Below are positions 13,346 through 28,301 of a stretch of DNA of 64,000 nt, piece by piece. Source of the DNA: the human T2T-CHM13v2.0 reference genome, Homo sapiens; the NCBI RefSeq assembly GCF_009914755.1, contig NC_060932.1; one strand, written 5' to 3'. A program made the position numbers and the translations under genes. How positions within the stretch are numbered: position 1 is the first letter of the stretch; every line of letters begins with the position of its first letter. Below the pieces are notes generated by a model. That model made no database searches, was not told where the DNA came from, and worked only from the letters and a program-made list of their open reading frames with translations.

Positions 13346-15628
13346 TGACACGGTTTGGCTGTGTTCCCATTGAAATCTCAACTTGAATTATATCTCCCAG
13401 AATTCCCATGTGTTGTGGGAGGAACCTAGATGGAGGTAAATGAACCATGGGGGCTGGTCTTTCCCATGCCATTCTCGTGATAGTACATAAGTCTCACCAG
13501 ATCTTATGGGTTTATCAGGCATTTCCGCTTTTGCTTCTTCCTCATTTTCTCTTGCTGCCACCATGTAAGAAATGCCTTTCGCCTTCCGCCATGATTCTGA
13601 GGCCTCCTCAGCCATGTGGAACTGTAAGTCCAATTAAACCTCTTTTTGTTCCCAGTTTCAAGTATTCGTAATCAGCAGTGTGAAAACCAACTAATACAGT
13701 AAATTGGTACCAATAGAGTGGGGCATTGCTGAAAAGATACCCAAAAATGTGGAAGCGACTTTGGAACTGGGTAACAGGCAGAAGTTGTAAGAGTTTGGAG
13801 GGCTCAGAAGAAGACAGGAAAATGTGGGGAAGTTTGGAACTTCCTAGATATTTGTTGATTGGCTTTGACCAAAATGCTGATAGTGACATGGACAATAAGG
13901 TCCAGGCAGAGGTGGTCTCAGAGGGAAATGAGGAACTTGTTGGGAACTGGAGCAAAGTGACTCTTGTTATGTTTTAGCAAAGAGACTGGAGGCATTTTGC
14001 CCTTGCCCTAGAAATTTGTAGAAATTTGAACTTGAGACAGATGATTTAGGGTATCTGGCAGAAGAAATTTCTAAGCAGCAAAGTATTCAAGAGGTGACTT
14101 GGGTTATTTTAAAGGCCTTCAGTTTTATAAGGGAAGCAGAGCATAAACGTTTGGAAAATTTGCAGCCTGACTATGCAATAGAAAACAAAAACCCATTTTC
14201 TGGGGAGAAATTCAAGCCGGTTACAGAAATGTGCATAAGTAGCAAGAAGCCTAACGTTAATCCCCAAGACCATGGGGAAAATGTCTCCAGGCCATGTCAG
14301 AGACCTTCATGGCAGCCCCTCCCATCACAGGCCTGGAGGCCCAGGAGGAAAAAGTGGTCTCGTGGGCTGGGCTCAGGGTCCCCGTGCTATGTGCAGCCTA
14401 GGGACTTGGTGCCCTGTGTCCCAGCCACTCCAGCCATGGCTGAAAGGGGCCAATGTACAGTTCAGGCTGTGGCTTCAGAGGGTAGAAGCCCCAAGCCTTG
14501 GCAGCTTCCATGTAGTGTTGAGCCTGCATGTGCACAGAAGTCAAGAATTGAGGTTTGGGAACCTCTGCCTAGATTTCAGAAGATGTACGGAAATGCCCAG
14601 ATGCCCAGGCAAAAGTTTTCTGCAGGGGTGGGGCCCTCATGGAGAACCTCTGCTAGGGCAGTGCAGAAGGGAAATGTGGGGTCAGAGCCTCCACACAGAG
14701 TCCCTACTGAGGCACTGCCTAGTGGAACTGTGAGACAAGGGCCACCGTCCTCCAGACCCCAGAATGGTAGATCTACTGACAGCTTGCACCATGTGCCTGG
14801 AAAAGCTGCAGACACTCAATGCCAGCCCACAAAAGCGGCCAGGAGGGAGGCTGTACCCTGCAAAGCCACAGGGGTGGAGCTGCCCAAGACCATGGGAACC
14901 CACCTCTTGCATCAGTGTGACCTGGATATGAGACCTAGAGTCAAAGGAGATTATTTTGGAGTTTTAAGTTTGACTGCCCTGCTGGATTTTGGACTTCCAT
15001 GGCACCTGTAACCCCTTTGCTTTGGCAAATTTCTCCCATTTGGAATGGCTGTATTTACCCAATACCTGTACTCCCATTGTATCTAGGAAGTAACTAGCTT
15101 GTTTTTGATTTTACAGGCTCATAGGTGGAAGGGACTGGCCTTGTCTCAGGTGAGACTTTGGACTGTGGACTTTTGGGTTAATGCTGAAATTAGTTAAGGA
15201 TTTGGGGGACTGTTGGGAAGGCATGATTGGTTTTGAAATGTTAGGACATGAGATTTGGAGGGGCCAGGGGTAGGATGATATGGTTTGGCTATGTCCCCAT
15301 TTAAATTTCAACTTGAATTGTATCTCCCAGAATTCCCACGTGCTGTGGGAGGGACCCCGGGGAGATAATTGAATCATGGGGGCCAGTCTTTCCCATGCTA
15401 GTCTCACGATAGTGAATAAGTCTCATGAGATCTGATAGGTTTATCAGGGGTTTCTGCTTTTGCTTCTTCCTCATTTTCTCTTGCTGCTGCCATGTAAGAA
15501 GTGCCTTTTGCCCTCCACCATGATTCTGAGGCTTCCCCAGCCATGTGGAACTGTAAGTCCAATTAAACCTCTCTTTGTTCCCAGTTTCCAGTATATCTTT
15601 ATCAGCAGCATGAAAACGAACTAATACA
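13346..15628 (+). mobile_element. Full-length THE1A MaLR provirus, inserted into a MIR
   Basis: LTRs 13346-13698 and 15276-15628; TSD CTTAT (13341-13345, 15629-15633); MIR-like sequence on both flanks. Confidence 0.95.
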
Positions 15629-15676
15629 CTTATATAAAATGTGTAAACAGTGCCTGACCACTAGTAAGCATTTTAT

Positions 15677-15808
15677 TTTTTTTGTTTTTGTAGAGATGGG
15701 GTCTCCCTATGTTGCTTGCCCAGGCTGGTCTTGAAATGTACTCAAGCAATCCTCATGCCTCCGCCTCTCAGTGTGCTGAGATTACAGGCATCAGCCACCA
15801 TGCCCGGA
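15677..15808 (-). mobile_element. FLAM (Alu left monomer)
   Basis: Single arm; TSD taagcattttat at 15665-15676 and 15811-15822. Confidence 0.85.
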
Positions 15809-16249
15809 CATAAGCATTTTATAAACATCAGTTATTATTAATATTTTTTTCAGGTGAAGAAAACAAAGTAGGAGAAGAGTGAGTGACAACTGGTGGTGGA
15901 CTTCTTCCTGGAAACCCAGTCCCTTGACTCTCACTCTGCCTCTTTCCCTTTCATCATTTTGCCTAAAGAGAGGATTTAGTAGCCTCTTAACCATTCCATA
16001 TCAGTAAGTCTCTTCATCATAGTAAAAGTTTTTAAAAGATTAGAAAATAATGCTTACAAACTGTACTGACTGGAAAGGCCCTTCTGTAGATAATTCTATG
16101 CAGTCAGTGTATTTAGTGTACGTGCTTCCTAAGCATGTCTCAGAATAACAAAATTATTTGAGAAAGAGTGTTTTTTTTCTTTTTTTGGTCAAGTTCTTTC
16201 TTATATGGATTCTTCTTACAAGTTAAGACAACCTCTTCTCTCATGGTTG

Positions 16250-17330
16250 CCATGCAAAGAATCTTGTCTTCAATCAGCTCATTAAGGTAACTTTGTAAAG
16301 ATAGTGTTTTTTAGAAGGGCACTTTGCCAGCTCCCTCAAACATAACTTTGCAAATGGACAGCAAGAAAAACATGGTAAATCACTTCCATATGGCTCAAGG
16401 CAATGAGAAACTTTTTTGATTAACAACATATTCACTACAATAAAATAACTTCCAAATCGGCTAGAGAGACACTAACTTATCTGCTACATCTATTCTCTTC
16501 TTTGATTTTTTTCATTGTTTTGACTCTCCAAAAACCCTCTTAAGCTCCCAACTGGTTCATTTTTAAACAATGGGTTCTTCCAAGACCATCACCTGTTCCT
16601 ATTTGTCAGTTCTATTAAGCAAATAGCTACTCTTAAACTTATTTTAGAACCAGCTGCTTTACAACATATGCTTCAAACATTCAAGAGATGTTTTTTACAG
16701 ACTCATCAGTTGATACAATCATTGACATGTCATCTGCATATGCAAGTACTAGTTTAAACATCTAAACTATTTTATTTCCTTTCACAGCTGTCTAAATAGT
16801 AAACCAAGCAGTTTAGTTCACACCATAAATTCCCATCAAAGGGCTTTTAATTAATATGTAAAGGACAAAATGGGCACCTAGGACTTAATGTTTTCTTTAT
16901 CTGGATCTCTTCATTCTTCCCAGGCAGAAACTAATCATTTCATTTTCGCACTCTTGACAAATTGGAAAAAATATGACACAGTCTATACAACTTTAAACAA
17001 CATATCCTCACCCGTCAAGAGTCTCTCCCTCCCCTCTTTTCAAAGGAAATAGAATAAAAAGATGATTGCCTTTTAGTCTGTGTGTTTTACAGTTTCTCTT
17101 GGTATAACGAAACCATCTGCCACCCCTGTCCCTTAACGCCTGGAATGAATCAAATCATCTTCCTTGCAAACATTGTTAATCTCACAGTAATCCCTACTAA
17201 TCACTTTGTAATCAGCACTCAAAGGGGCTAAAGGTCCTTGATTCTTAATCATGATATTTTAATCATCATTCTTGTGAGATGGCATTTAGTAATCCCTGAA
17301 TCTCGTTTATTTCTTTTCAACTTCCTAATT
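16250..17330 (-). mobile_element. Ancient L1/Tx1-clade LINE reverse transcriptase fossil
   Basis: Manual translation gives ordered RT motifs IKNQGPLAPLSADYKVISR, GVKGQ, FEK, LFKV, PRCPFCPL, VLAYADDMSMIVS (YADD 16729-16740), YCKAAGSKISL..KS, with stops and frameshifts. Confidence 0.75.
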
Positions 17331-17631
17331 ATTTTTTAGGACAGAGAACAAGAGCTCTCTAAATAGGAGAAACCAGATCTCTCTGGCCAAAACTGGTCTG
17401 GGAGAATAAGACTGTGCCTGGGTAGTTTCTGATGTCTAACTCTTACTTTCCATTTTAGATACTGAAGATAGCTTATTTCTGTTTTGTTTTACTTCCTTAT
17501 TCTTTTCCTTAATCTCTTTTTCCTCTACTGTACTTTTTATTTAGCAAATTTTTGGATGAGTAGCAATTTCTTTTCCCCTCTGCATCCTTAAAAGGTTTGG
17601 TTTCTGGTTTGTTAATTTCCTTTTTCATTTT

Positions 17632-17810
17632 TTACCAAGTTGAGGAAATTCCCCTCTATTCTTAGTTTGCTGAGAGTCTTTAATCATAAATGGATGTTAG
17701 GTTTGGTCAAATGCTTTTTCTGCATTATTAATATAATCATATGATTTTTCTTCTTTAGCCTGCTAATGTGATGAATTGCCTTTATTGATTTTTCATCCTT
17801 TTGTATTCTT
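17632..17810 (-). mobile_element. L1M ORF2 fragment
   Basis: aagttgaggaaattcccctctattcttagtttgctgagag. Confidence 0.75.
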
Positions 17811-19962
17811 TAGGTACAATATCCTCACTCTTCTTTATAAATTTATAACCTTTTTCTTCATCAATTTTTTTTTCCTGAAGGGAATGAAAGAGACTTCTTA
17901 CACATTTTAGTGGCTTGCTGTCTTGTTGAATTACGAGTTTTCCTTTCTCCTCATTCTTTCCTTCTTCTCCTTCACCAGTTTAAGATTATGTGTTGTTTTT
18001 TCATCTCACAGTGCCTTTCTTGGTCATATTTATATAACGCATTATAAAGTTTATGTTTACTCTTAAAATTCATTCATTTAATTTATTTTGAAAAACACTG
18101 AGGACCTACTATGTGCCAGGCACAAAACAAAAACTCATTCACCATTTAGTCTGAGGCTCTACGTGAGCTTAACATGTCTTGCTCAGAACCTAAATTTAAA
18201 TTTGTGACTTTTATGTAAACAATTGAGAAGTATCTTTTGCCCTTGGTTACTTAAATAATAAAATGATCACTATAGAGTTAAGAGCTCCCTTTTATGACCC
18301 CCTTTTTCCTAGCCCCATCCCATAGCTTATTTACCAATTTATCAAGCATGGATTTCATAACTGTGTTTTAATTATATTTAAAGGGAATGGGTGTGGAGAT
18401 TGAAGGAAAAAAAGACCTGGAGATGAGATGCTTTCTCTCTAAGAGTCCAGATTAAAAACCTCCTAATTGGTCTTCATGCCTTCTGTTTCTTTGCACGCCA
18501 GTCAAAGAGATTCCCCTAAAGTATAGTATTGATTTTTTTTTTTAACAATTCAATTGTTTTTAGTATGTTCACAGAGTTGTGCAATCATCACCACAATCAA
18601 TTTTAGAACATTTTCATCATGTGTACTCTTTAACCATGACCTCCCAATCTCCCCATTTCCCCACCCAGCCCTAGGCAACCACACATCTGCTTTTTGTCTC
18701 TCTAGATTTCCCTTTTCTGAACATTTCAGATAAATGGAATTATGTGCTATGTGGTCTTTTGTGACTGGCTTCTTTCCATTACCAAATGTTTTCAAGGGTC
18801 ATCCAAGATATAGCATGTGTCTGTACTTCATTGTTTTTATGGCTAAATAAAATTTCATTCTATGATCACACCACATTTTGTGTACCCATTAATCAGTTGA
18901 TGAACATTTGGCTTTTTCTACCTTTTGACTATTATGAATACTGCTGCTATGATCATTCATTTGCTAGTTTTTGTGTGGACATACCTTTTCATGTGTTTAT
19001 CAGGTATCTACTTTGTTCTCCTGAGTGTACACCTAGGAGTGGAATTGCCAGGTCATGTGGTAACTCTAACGTTTAACTTTTTGAGGAACTGTCAGACTGT
19101 TTTCCAAAATGGCTGCACTATTTTATATTCCTACCAGTGGTGCAGAAGTGTTCCAATTTTTCACATTCTTGGCAACACTTGTTATTGTCTGTCCTTTCTA
19201 TTATAGCCGAACTAGTGGATGTAAAGTGGTATCTCTTTTGGTTTTGATTTACATTTCCCTGGTGACTATTGGTGTTGAGCATATTTTCATGTGCTATTGG
19301 TCATCTGTTTATCTTCTTTGGAGATATATCTATTTAGATTCCATGCCCATTTTTAAATCAGGTAATTTGTATTTTGCTATTGACTAGAATATCATGTAAT
19401 CTAGATAAAAAGTCCCTTATTAGATATATGATTTGCAAATATTTTTTCTCATTCTGTTGTTTGTCCTTTCACTTTCTTGCTGGTGTCCTTTGAAGCATAG
19501 AAGTTTTTAATTCTGAGGAAATCCAATTTATCTATTTTTTTCTTTGATTGCTTGTGCTTTGTTGTTATATCTAAGAAATCACTGCCAAATAAAGATTAGG
19601 AAGACTTACGCCTACATTTTCTTCTAAGAGTTTATAGTTTTAGCTCTTCCACTGAAATCTTTGCTCCATTAAGTTAGTTTTTGTGTATGGTATAAGATAG
19701 TGGTCGAACTTCATACTTTTGCACGTGGATATCCAGTTGTCTCAGCACCATTTGTTGAAAATATTATTCTTTCCTCTATTGAATTGTTTTGGCAACGCTG
19801 TCAAAAAGCAATTTACTCTAAATGCGAGGGTTTATTTCTGGATTCTTAATTTTATTTCATTGATCTGTAGGTCTATCCTTATGCCAATACCATACTGTCT
19901 TGATTACTTGTAGCTTTATAGTAGGTTTTGAAATTGGGAAATATGAACCCTCCAACTTTGAT

Positions 19963-20243
19963 CTTCTTTTTCTTTTTTTTAGAGACAGGTCTCACTCTGT
20001 CACCCAGAACGGAGTGCAGTGTCATGATCACGGCTCACCGAAGCCTCAAACTCCTGGGCTCAAGTGACCCTCCTGCCTCACCCTCCCTAGCAGCTAGAAC
20101 TATAGGTGCATGCCTCTTCACCTGGATAATTTTTTAAACATTTTTTAGAGATGGGGGTCTTACTATATTGCTGAGGCTAGTCTCCAACTCCTGTCCCCAA
20201 TCAATCCTCGTACCTCAGCCTCCCCAAGTGCAAGGGTTACAGT
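19963..20243 (-). mobile_element. AluJ-type SINE
   Basis: Diverged dimer. Confidence 0.85.
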
Positions 20244-20842
20244 GTTCTTTTGGAAAATTGTTTTGGCTATTCTGGATCCTTGGAATTTCCATGTGAATTT
20301 TAGAATCAGCTTGTCAATTTCTACAAAGAAGCCAGCTGGGATTTTGATATGGATTGCATGGAATTCACAGGTCAATTTAGTGAGTATTGCCATTATAACA
20401 AAATTAAATCTTCTGATCCATGAACGTGGAATGTGTTCCCATTTATTTAGATCTTTTTAACTTCTTTCAACGATTTTTGTAGTTTCTAGGTAAAAGTTTT
20501 GCACTTCTTTTGTTAAATTTATTCCTAAAAATTTTATTCTTTTTGATGCTATTGTAAGTAGGATCACATTCTTAATTTCATATTTGGATTGTTCAGTGAA
20601 AGTGTATAGAAATACAATTGATTTTGCATATTAATCTTGTATTCAGCAACCTTGCTGAACTCATTTATTCATTCTAATGGTTTTTTTTGTATATGAGATC
20701 ATGTCATCTCCAAATAGTGATAGCTTTCCTTCTTCCTTTCCAATTGAGATTTCTTTTATTTCTTTCTTTTGCCTAATTGCTCTGGCTAGAACCCCCATAC
20801 AATGTTGAATAGAGCTAGTTAGAATGGACATCCTTCTCTTTG

Positions 20843-21137
20843 TTTTTTAAGGACTAGAGTCTTTTTCTGTTGCCCAGGCTGGAGTGCAGGAGTGTGATCA
20901 TAGCTCACTACATCCTCAAACTCCGGGGTTCAATTGATCTTCTTGCCAGAGTCTCCCGAATAGCTAGGACTACAGGTGTGTGTGACCATACCCAGCTACT
21001 TTTAATTTTTTAATTTTTTATAGAAAGGAGTCTCACTATGTTGCCCAGGTGGGTCTGAAACCCCTGGCTTTAAGCAATCCTTCCACCTCAGCCTCCCAAG
21101 GTTCTGGGATTACAGGTGTGATCCACTGTGCCCAGTC
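20843..21137 (-). mobile_element. AluJ-type SINE
   Basis: Diverged dimer. Confidence 0.85.
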
Positions 21138-21292
21138 CTCCTTTTGTTGTTGATCTTGGGTGAAATCACTCAGTCTTTCACTATTAAGTGTGATAGTAGC
21201 TATGGGTTTTTCTAGATGGTTTTTATCAGGTTCAGGAAGTCCACTGTTCCTAATTTGTTGAACTTTTTTTTAATCATAAGAGAGAGTTGGGG

Positions 21293-21628
<336 letters not shown>

Positions 21629-22399
21629 AAGAGTTGGTTTTTTCAAATGTTCTTTCTGCATCTATTGAGATGATTATGTGGTTATTTTTTATTCTATTGA
21701 TATGATAACATTATTTCATTTTTGAATGTTAAACCAACTTTGCATTCCTGGAATTAAATCCTAGTTGGTCATGGAGTATAATCCTTTTATGGGTTGCTGG
21801 ATATGGTTTGCTAATTCTCTGTTGATGATTTTCATCTCTATATTCATAAGAAATACTGGTTTATAATTTCTTTTGAAGAATTCATGAGTAACTGGTGTTA
21901 ATTCTTCTGTAAGTGTTTGGTAAAATTCACCCAGTGAAGCCAGCAATGACTTTTTCATCCTCCTCTTTGAAACCCTTCAATGGTTACCAATCACCTAATG
22001 AATTCAATATAACATCCTATGATATGCATTCCCAGTAGTATGTCCTACTATTCCCAACTAATCTCCCACCTGCCACTTGTCCACAGCCTCTATCTCAACT
22101 CTTGCCTTGACCTGTACTTTTTATACCCTTGTGTGTTTCACTAGGCGGACTGCTACTCCTCTCTTAAAAACATCTCAAGTCTACTTACACCTTAAAACCA
22201 TTTCTTGACTTTCTTGTTGAATTAGTTTAGATTTTCTTGCAATATTCTGACCAGCTTCCCCTAATAACCATTTTTAAATCTCTCTATTGATCTTCACAGC
22301 ATAGGATTTATAGAAAAGCCTTTATCATAGGCTTTGGGAACAAATGAATTGTAAAAAGCACCTTAATGGGAAAAGGCCCATTCTAGTTAAATTGGGACC

Positions 22400-23140
22400 T
22401 GTCAGTTATTTTGCTAATGACACATAACTATTAAATGCTATATGGAATCCACTGTGAAGAGTATGTCTCTGTGAGTTCTTTTTCCAATGTCAGAATAATT
22501 AAAAAGAATTTTTGCTTGAGGAACTCATTATGAATGACTTATCTGTGTTTCACCATATTTCTGAGGAAAAATTGTCTTAAAAATTGGATTCAAGACTTAG
22601 GGAGGTTCCGCATGCCTTTTTGCTGACTTTCCAAGTCTCAATGATCTTCACAGTAGAGAATATCAAAGATGCTAATGGCAGGATCACAATAGTAGTTGTT
22701 CTCTAAAAACGATTCCTTCTTCCAATATTTAAAATAAAATTTTTAAATATTTTAAGGCTGATGTGTAATTTTCTGTGAAGAAACTGTATTACCTTAGTAA
22801 ACATAGCATTTAAAATATATAACATTGCTTTTCAAATATATATGAAGATTATATTTTCTTCATAGAGTTTTGAAATGTTTATGAAGAAATGAGAATTATA
22901 TAGAACATGCTCAAAACTCTTTTATGCGTTAGAATTTGTAACAAAGTGACTGCTATACTAACATATCTAATGGACATCTGTTTCCTAAATTTCATTAAGG
23001 TAAAATTTTTATTTTAGTGAGGGATGAATCAAGAATTCTTTAAGACAAAATTATCAAGAAACACATTTCATAGATCTATGCTATTATGCAAATGTTGTGA
23101 CTGGAGCCCATTACTTCAGCTGACTTTAACAGTATTGCCA
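22400..23140 (+). mobile_element. Possible ancient LINE APE endonuclease fossil
   Basis: FLLEEL, GGSACLF, IKDANGRITIV, NI*, LMDIC, ESRI at roughly endonuclease-like spacing; very degenerate. Confidence 0.35.
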
Positions 23141-23317
23141 GTTTTCTCTCAACATTAGCTAGGGAGGTATGTTGGTATTGCTTCTATTATTATTATCAAT
23201 AAAAAATAGTAATAACTGCATTCATTTATTGTCACTGTGCATTACAAATGATGCCAGGCACTTATCATCTAGCTTACAACAAGCCAGCAAAGAAATTTGC
23301 TAGCATGCTTACTATAT

Positions 23318-23690
23318 GTTAGCAAGGATTAGGTTCAATTGCAAGTAATAGAAACCTAAAATAATAATGTCTTTAAAAAGAATGAATTGTATTATCTTAC
23401 ATAAAAGTCCAGAGGTAGGCATTCTAGGCCTGGCTTTATAGTTCTGCTCCACAAAGTACTTAGGGACTGAAGCTCTTTCTCTCTTATAAATGCTCACTGG
23501 CTGCAGTGCCAACAGCAAAGAAAGGGATAAGAGAAAGAGGGCAAAGGAAACATACTGCTTTGCTTAGTAAGGTTTCTACTACATGATATTTCATTTAGAG
23601 TCCATTGGCCAGAAGGCAGTCATATAAACATGTGTAGGTGGGTGGCCATGTGCCAACTACAACTTTGAGGATCTAAAACGGAGGAAAGAG
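23318..23690. mobile_element. Old ERVL/MaLR LTR fragment (LTR33-like)
   Basis: ggattaggttcaattgcaagtaatagaaacctaaaataat...aaagtccagaggtaggca. Confidence 0.5.
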
Positions 23691-23847
23691 TGATTAACCC
23701 ATTTACGTTACTTGCCCAAAGTCACCTGCTTGATAAAAGACAGAGGATTCAAAACTACATCTGTCTAGGTCTATCTTTGAGGGCAGAGCAAAGGGGATGG
23801 GAATAGTAATAATTTATTTTATAAACTTAGCACGTTGTCTTAAATAT

Positions 23848-24318
23848 TGTTCCAGTTAGTTATTGCCATGTAACAAACCAAGCCCAATTTAAACAATAAA
23901 CATTTATTTAGCTCAGCAAATCATTCCTGTGAATCTGGGCCAATCTTGGCAGATTTCTGCTTGGAGATTGGCAAGGGGTTGACTGGCCTAGGGCCTTGGC
24001 TGGGACAACTTGTCATTCCTCCACATGGTCTCTTGTCCTTCATTAGGCCAGCCTGGGTTTGTTTTTATCACATCATCCATTTGAGAGAGGTCCACGAGAG
24101 AGAACAGGAGCATGAAAGACTTCTTGAGGCATAGATTCATAAGTGGCTCAATGTCATTTCCACTGCACTACATTAGTCAAGATAAAAAACAATACCAACC
24201 CAGATTCAAGGGCTGGGGAAATATACTCCATTGCTTGACAAATTACAATGTCATATTGCAAAAATCATGGGTACAGAGAGACCACCAATTGGGGCTATGA
24301 ATGTAATCAATTTACCAT
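23848..24318 (-). mobile_element. MLT1-family LTR
   Basis: ccagttagttattgccatgtaacaaacc...aacccagattcaagggctgggga. Confidence 0.6.
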
Positions 24319-24414
24319 AATATTAATAAAAGTTGTTGATTGGAATTGAAAATAGTAAGGATCATCTTCAACAAAAAAACCTGAATGTATTGTCTTTATT
24401 TAGTTGTGTTTTTC

Positions 24415-24722
24415 TTTTAAATTTTTTATTTTTCAAGACTGGGCCTTGCTCTGTTGCTCAGGCTGGAGTGCAGCTGCATGATCAAGGCTCACTGCAGGCT
24501 CAACTTCTGGGGCTCAGGCAATCTTCTTGTCTCAGCCTCCCAAGAAGCTGAGACCACAGGCACGTGCCACCATACCCAGCTAATTTTTAAAAAAATGTAT
24601 TTATAGACATGGGGTCTCCCCATGTTGCTCAGGCAGGACTCTAACTCCTGGATTCTAGGAATCCTCCTCTCTTGGCCTCCCAAAGTGCCAGGATTACAGG
24701 CATGAGCCACCACACGCAGCCA
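24415..24722 (-). mobile_element. AluJ-type SINE
   Basis: Dimer. Confidence 0.88.
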
Positions 24723-24982
24723 AGTTTTTCTTCTTAGAGGAACTCAAGTTCTACAATAGTTCTTCTCAGTCATCATGGACACATTCAGGAAATGAAACAT
24801 AAACAAAGGTCCTTGGGTCTTGGAAGATTTTTTCTGCTAAATTGAATCTGGATTAAGACTAGGAAGGGATGGATATAGGGCCAGAGGAGTCTGTGGGTGA
24901 AGATTTTTATTGTCCTTAGAAATTGTAATTTGTCTGAGATTGCATTTTTCTTCCTGTTAAAGCTTGATTTAAAATGTGTGGG

Positions 24983-25277
24983 GGCTGGGCGCAGTGGCTC
25001 ATGCCTGTAATCCCAGCATTTTGGGAGGCTGAGGCAAGTGAATCACTTGAAGGCAGGAGTTTAAGACAATCCTGGCCAACATGGTGAAACCCTGTCTCTA
25101 CTAAGACTACAAAAATTAGCCTGGCATGGTGGCATGTTCCTGTGGTCTCAACGACTCAAGAGGCTGAGGCATGAGAATCACTTGAACCTGGGAAGTGGAA
25201 AGTACAGTGAGCAAAGATTGTGACACTGCACTCCAGCCTGGGTGAAAGAGTGAGACCCTGTCTGAAAAAAAAAAAAG
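24983..25277 (+). mobile_element. AluS-type SINE
   Basis: Dimer with poly-A. Confidence 0.9.
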
Positions 25278-25354
25278 TATGTGGGTATTCTCAGGTTCTT
25301 GAGAAAATTAATGAAAAGAGAGTAAGTTTTATTTTCTTCATTGTTTGGGCTAGT

Positions 25355-26140
25355 TTGTTCATTCACTAAACAAAAATGCATTGAGTCCCTGTCATGTGCT
25401 AAGTACCATGCTGGGCACTGAGATATAATAATAAGCAAAAATAGACATAGTTCCTATCCTTAAGGAGTTTACCACTGTGGGTTGGAGAAATGAGACATTA
25501 ATTAAATAATCCCACAAATAAATGCTCCATGATGGCAAAATGCAAAAAGTGATGTAAAGGTATATGGTGACATGAGACTCAGACTCTCCAAAACAAAGAG
25601 GTGGTCTGGTCTGTGGCATCAAAGAAGGCTTTCTTAAAGAAAAAATCTTCAAGCTAAACTCTGAAGGATAAGTCAGAATTAATGGGGTAGTGGTAGAGAA
25701 TAGGGTTCTAGGCAAAGAAACAGTATCTGTAAAGGCACTTATGAAAGACTGCAAGGAAGCCATTTAGGACTGAAACACAGAGAGTGAGAGGAAGTGGTTT
25801 AGAGATGAGACCGGAGAGCTGATGACTGTCAGATTATATGGGGGTGCTAGGCCATAGAAGAAACTTTTGTCATTATCCTCAAAAAATAACAGCCATAGCA
25901 AGTGACATGAGCAGGTCTGTGAATTTAAAAGATCCCTTTGGGGTTAGGCCCGAGATTGAATAACTAGAGACCATTTAGGAGTCTACTGCAGTGTCCAGAT
26001 AAAACCTGATAGCTTAGATGAGAGCGGTGATGAGGGAGAGGATGAAAAGCAGAACTATTCAGGAGATTTTTATGGTAAAATCAATAGGCCTCTGTAACAT
26101 GTCAGTTACAGGAAGTAAAGAAAAGGAAGATGTAGTATAT
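25355..26140 (-). mobile_element. L2 3' region
   Basis: ttcattcactaaacaaaaatgcattgagtccct...ccatgctgggcactgagata. Confidence 0.7.
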
Positions 26141-26159
26141 TGAATCTCTTCACCCCTCC

Positions 26160-26905
<746 letters not shown>

Positions 26906-26911
26906 CCAGAT

Positions 26912-28209
<1,298 letters not shown>

Positions 28210-28261
28210 TCAAGCCAAAAGAGCCATGATGAAGTTCTGATTTATTAAATTCCATTTGTGA

Positions 28262-28264
<3 letters not shown>

Positions 28265-28300
<36 letters not shown>
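28265..28300. repeat. (GT)18 microsatellite
   Basis: Perfect GT dinucleotide run. Confidence 0.95.
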
Positions 28301-28301
<1 letters not shown>

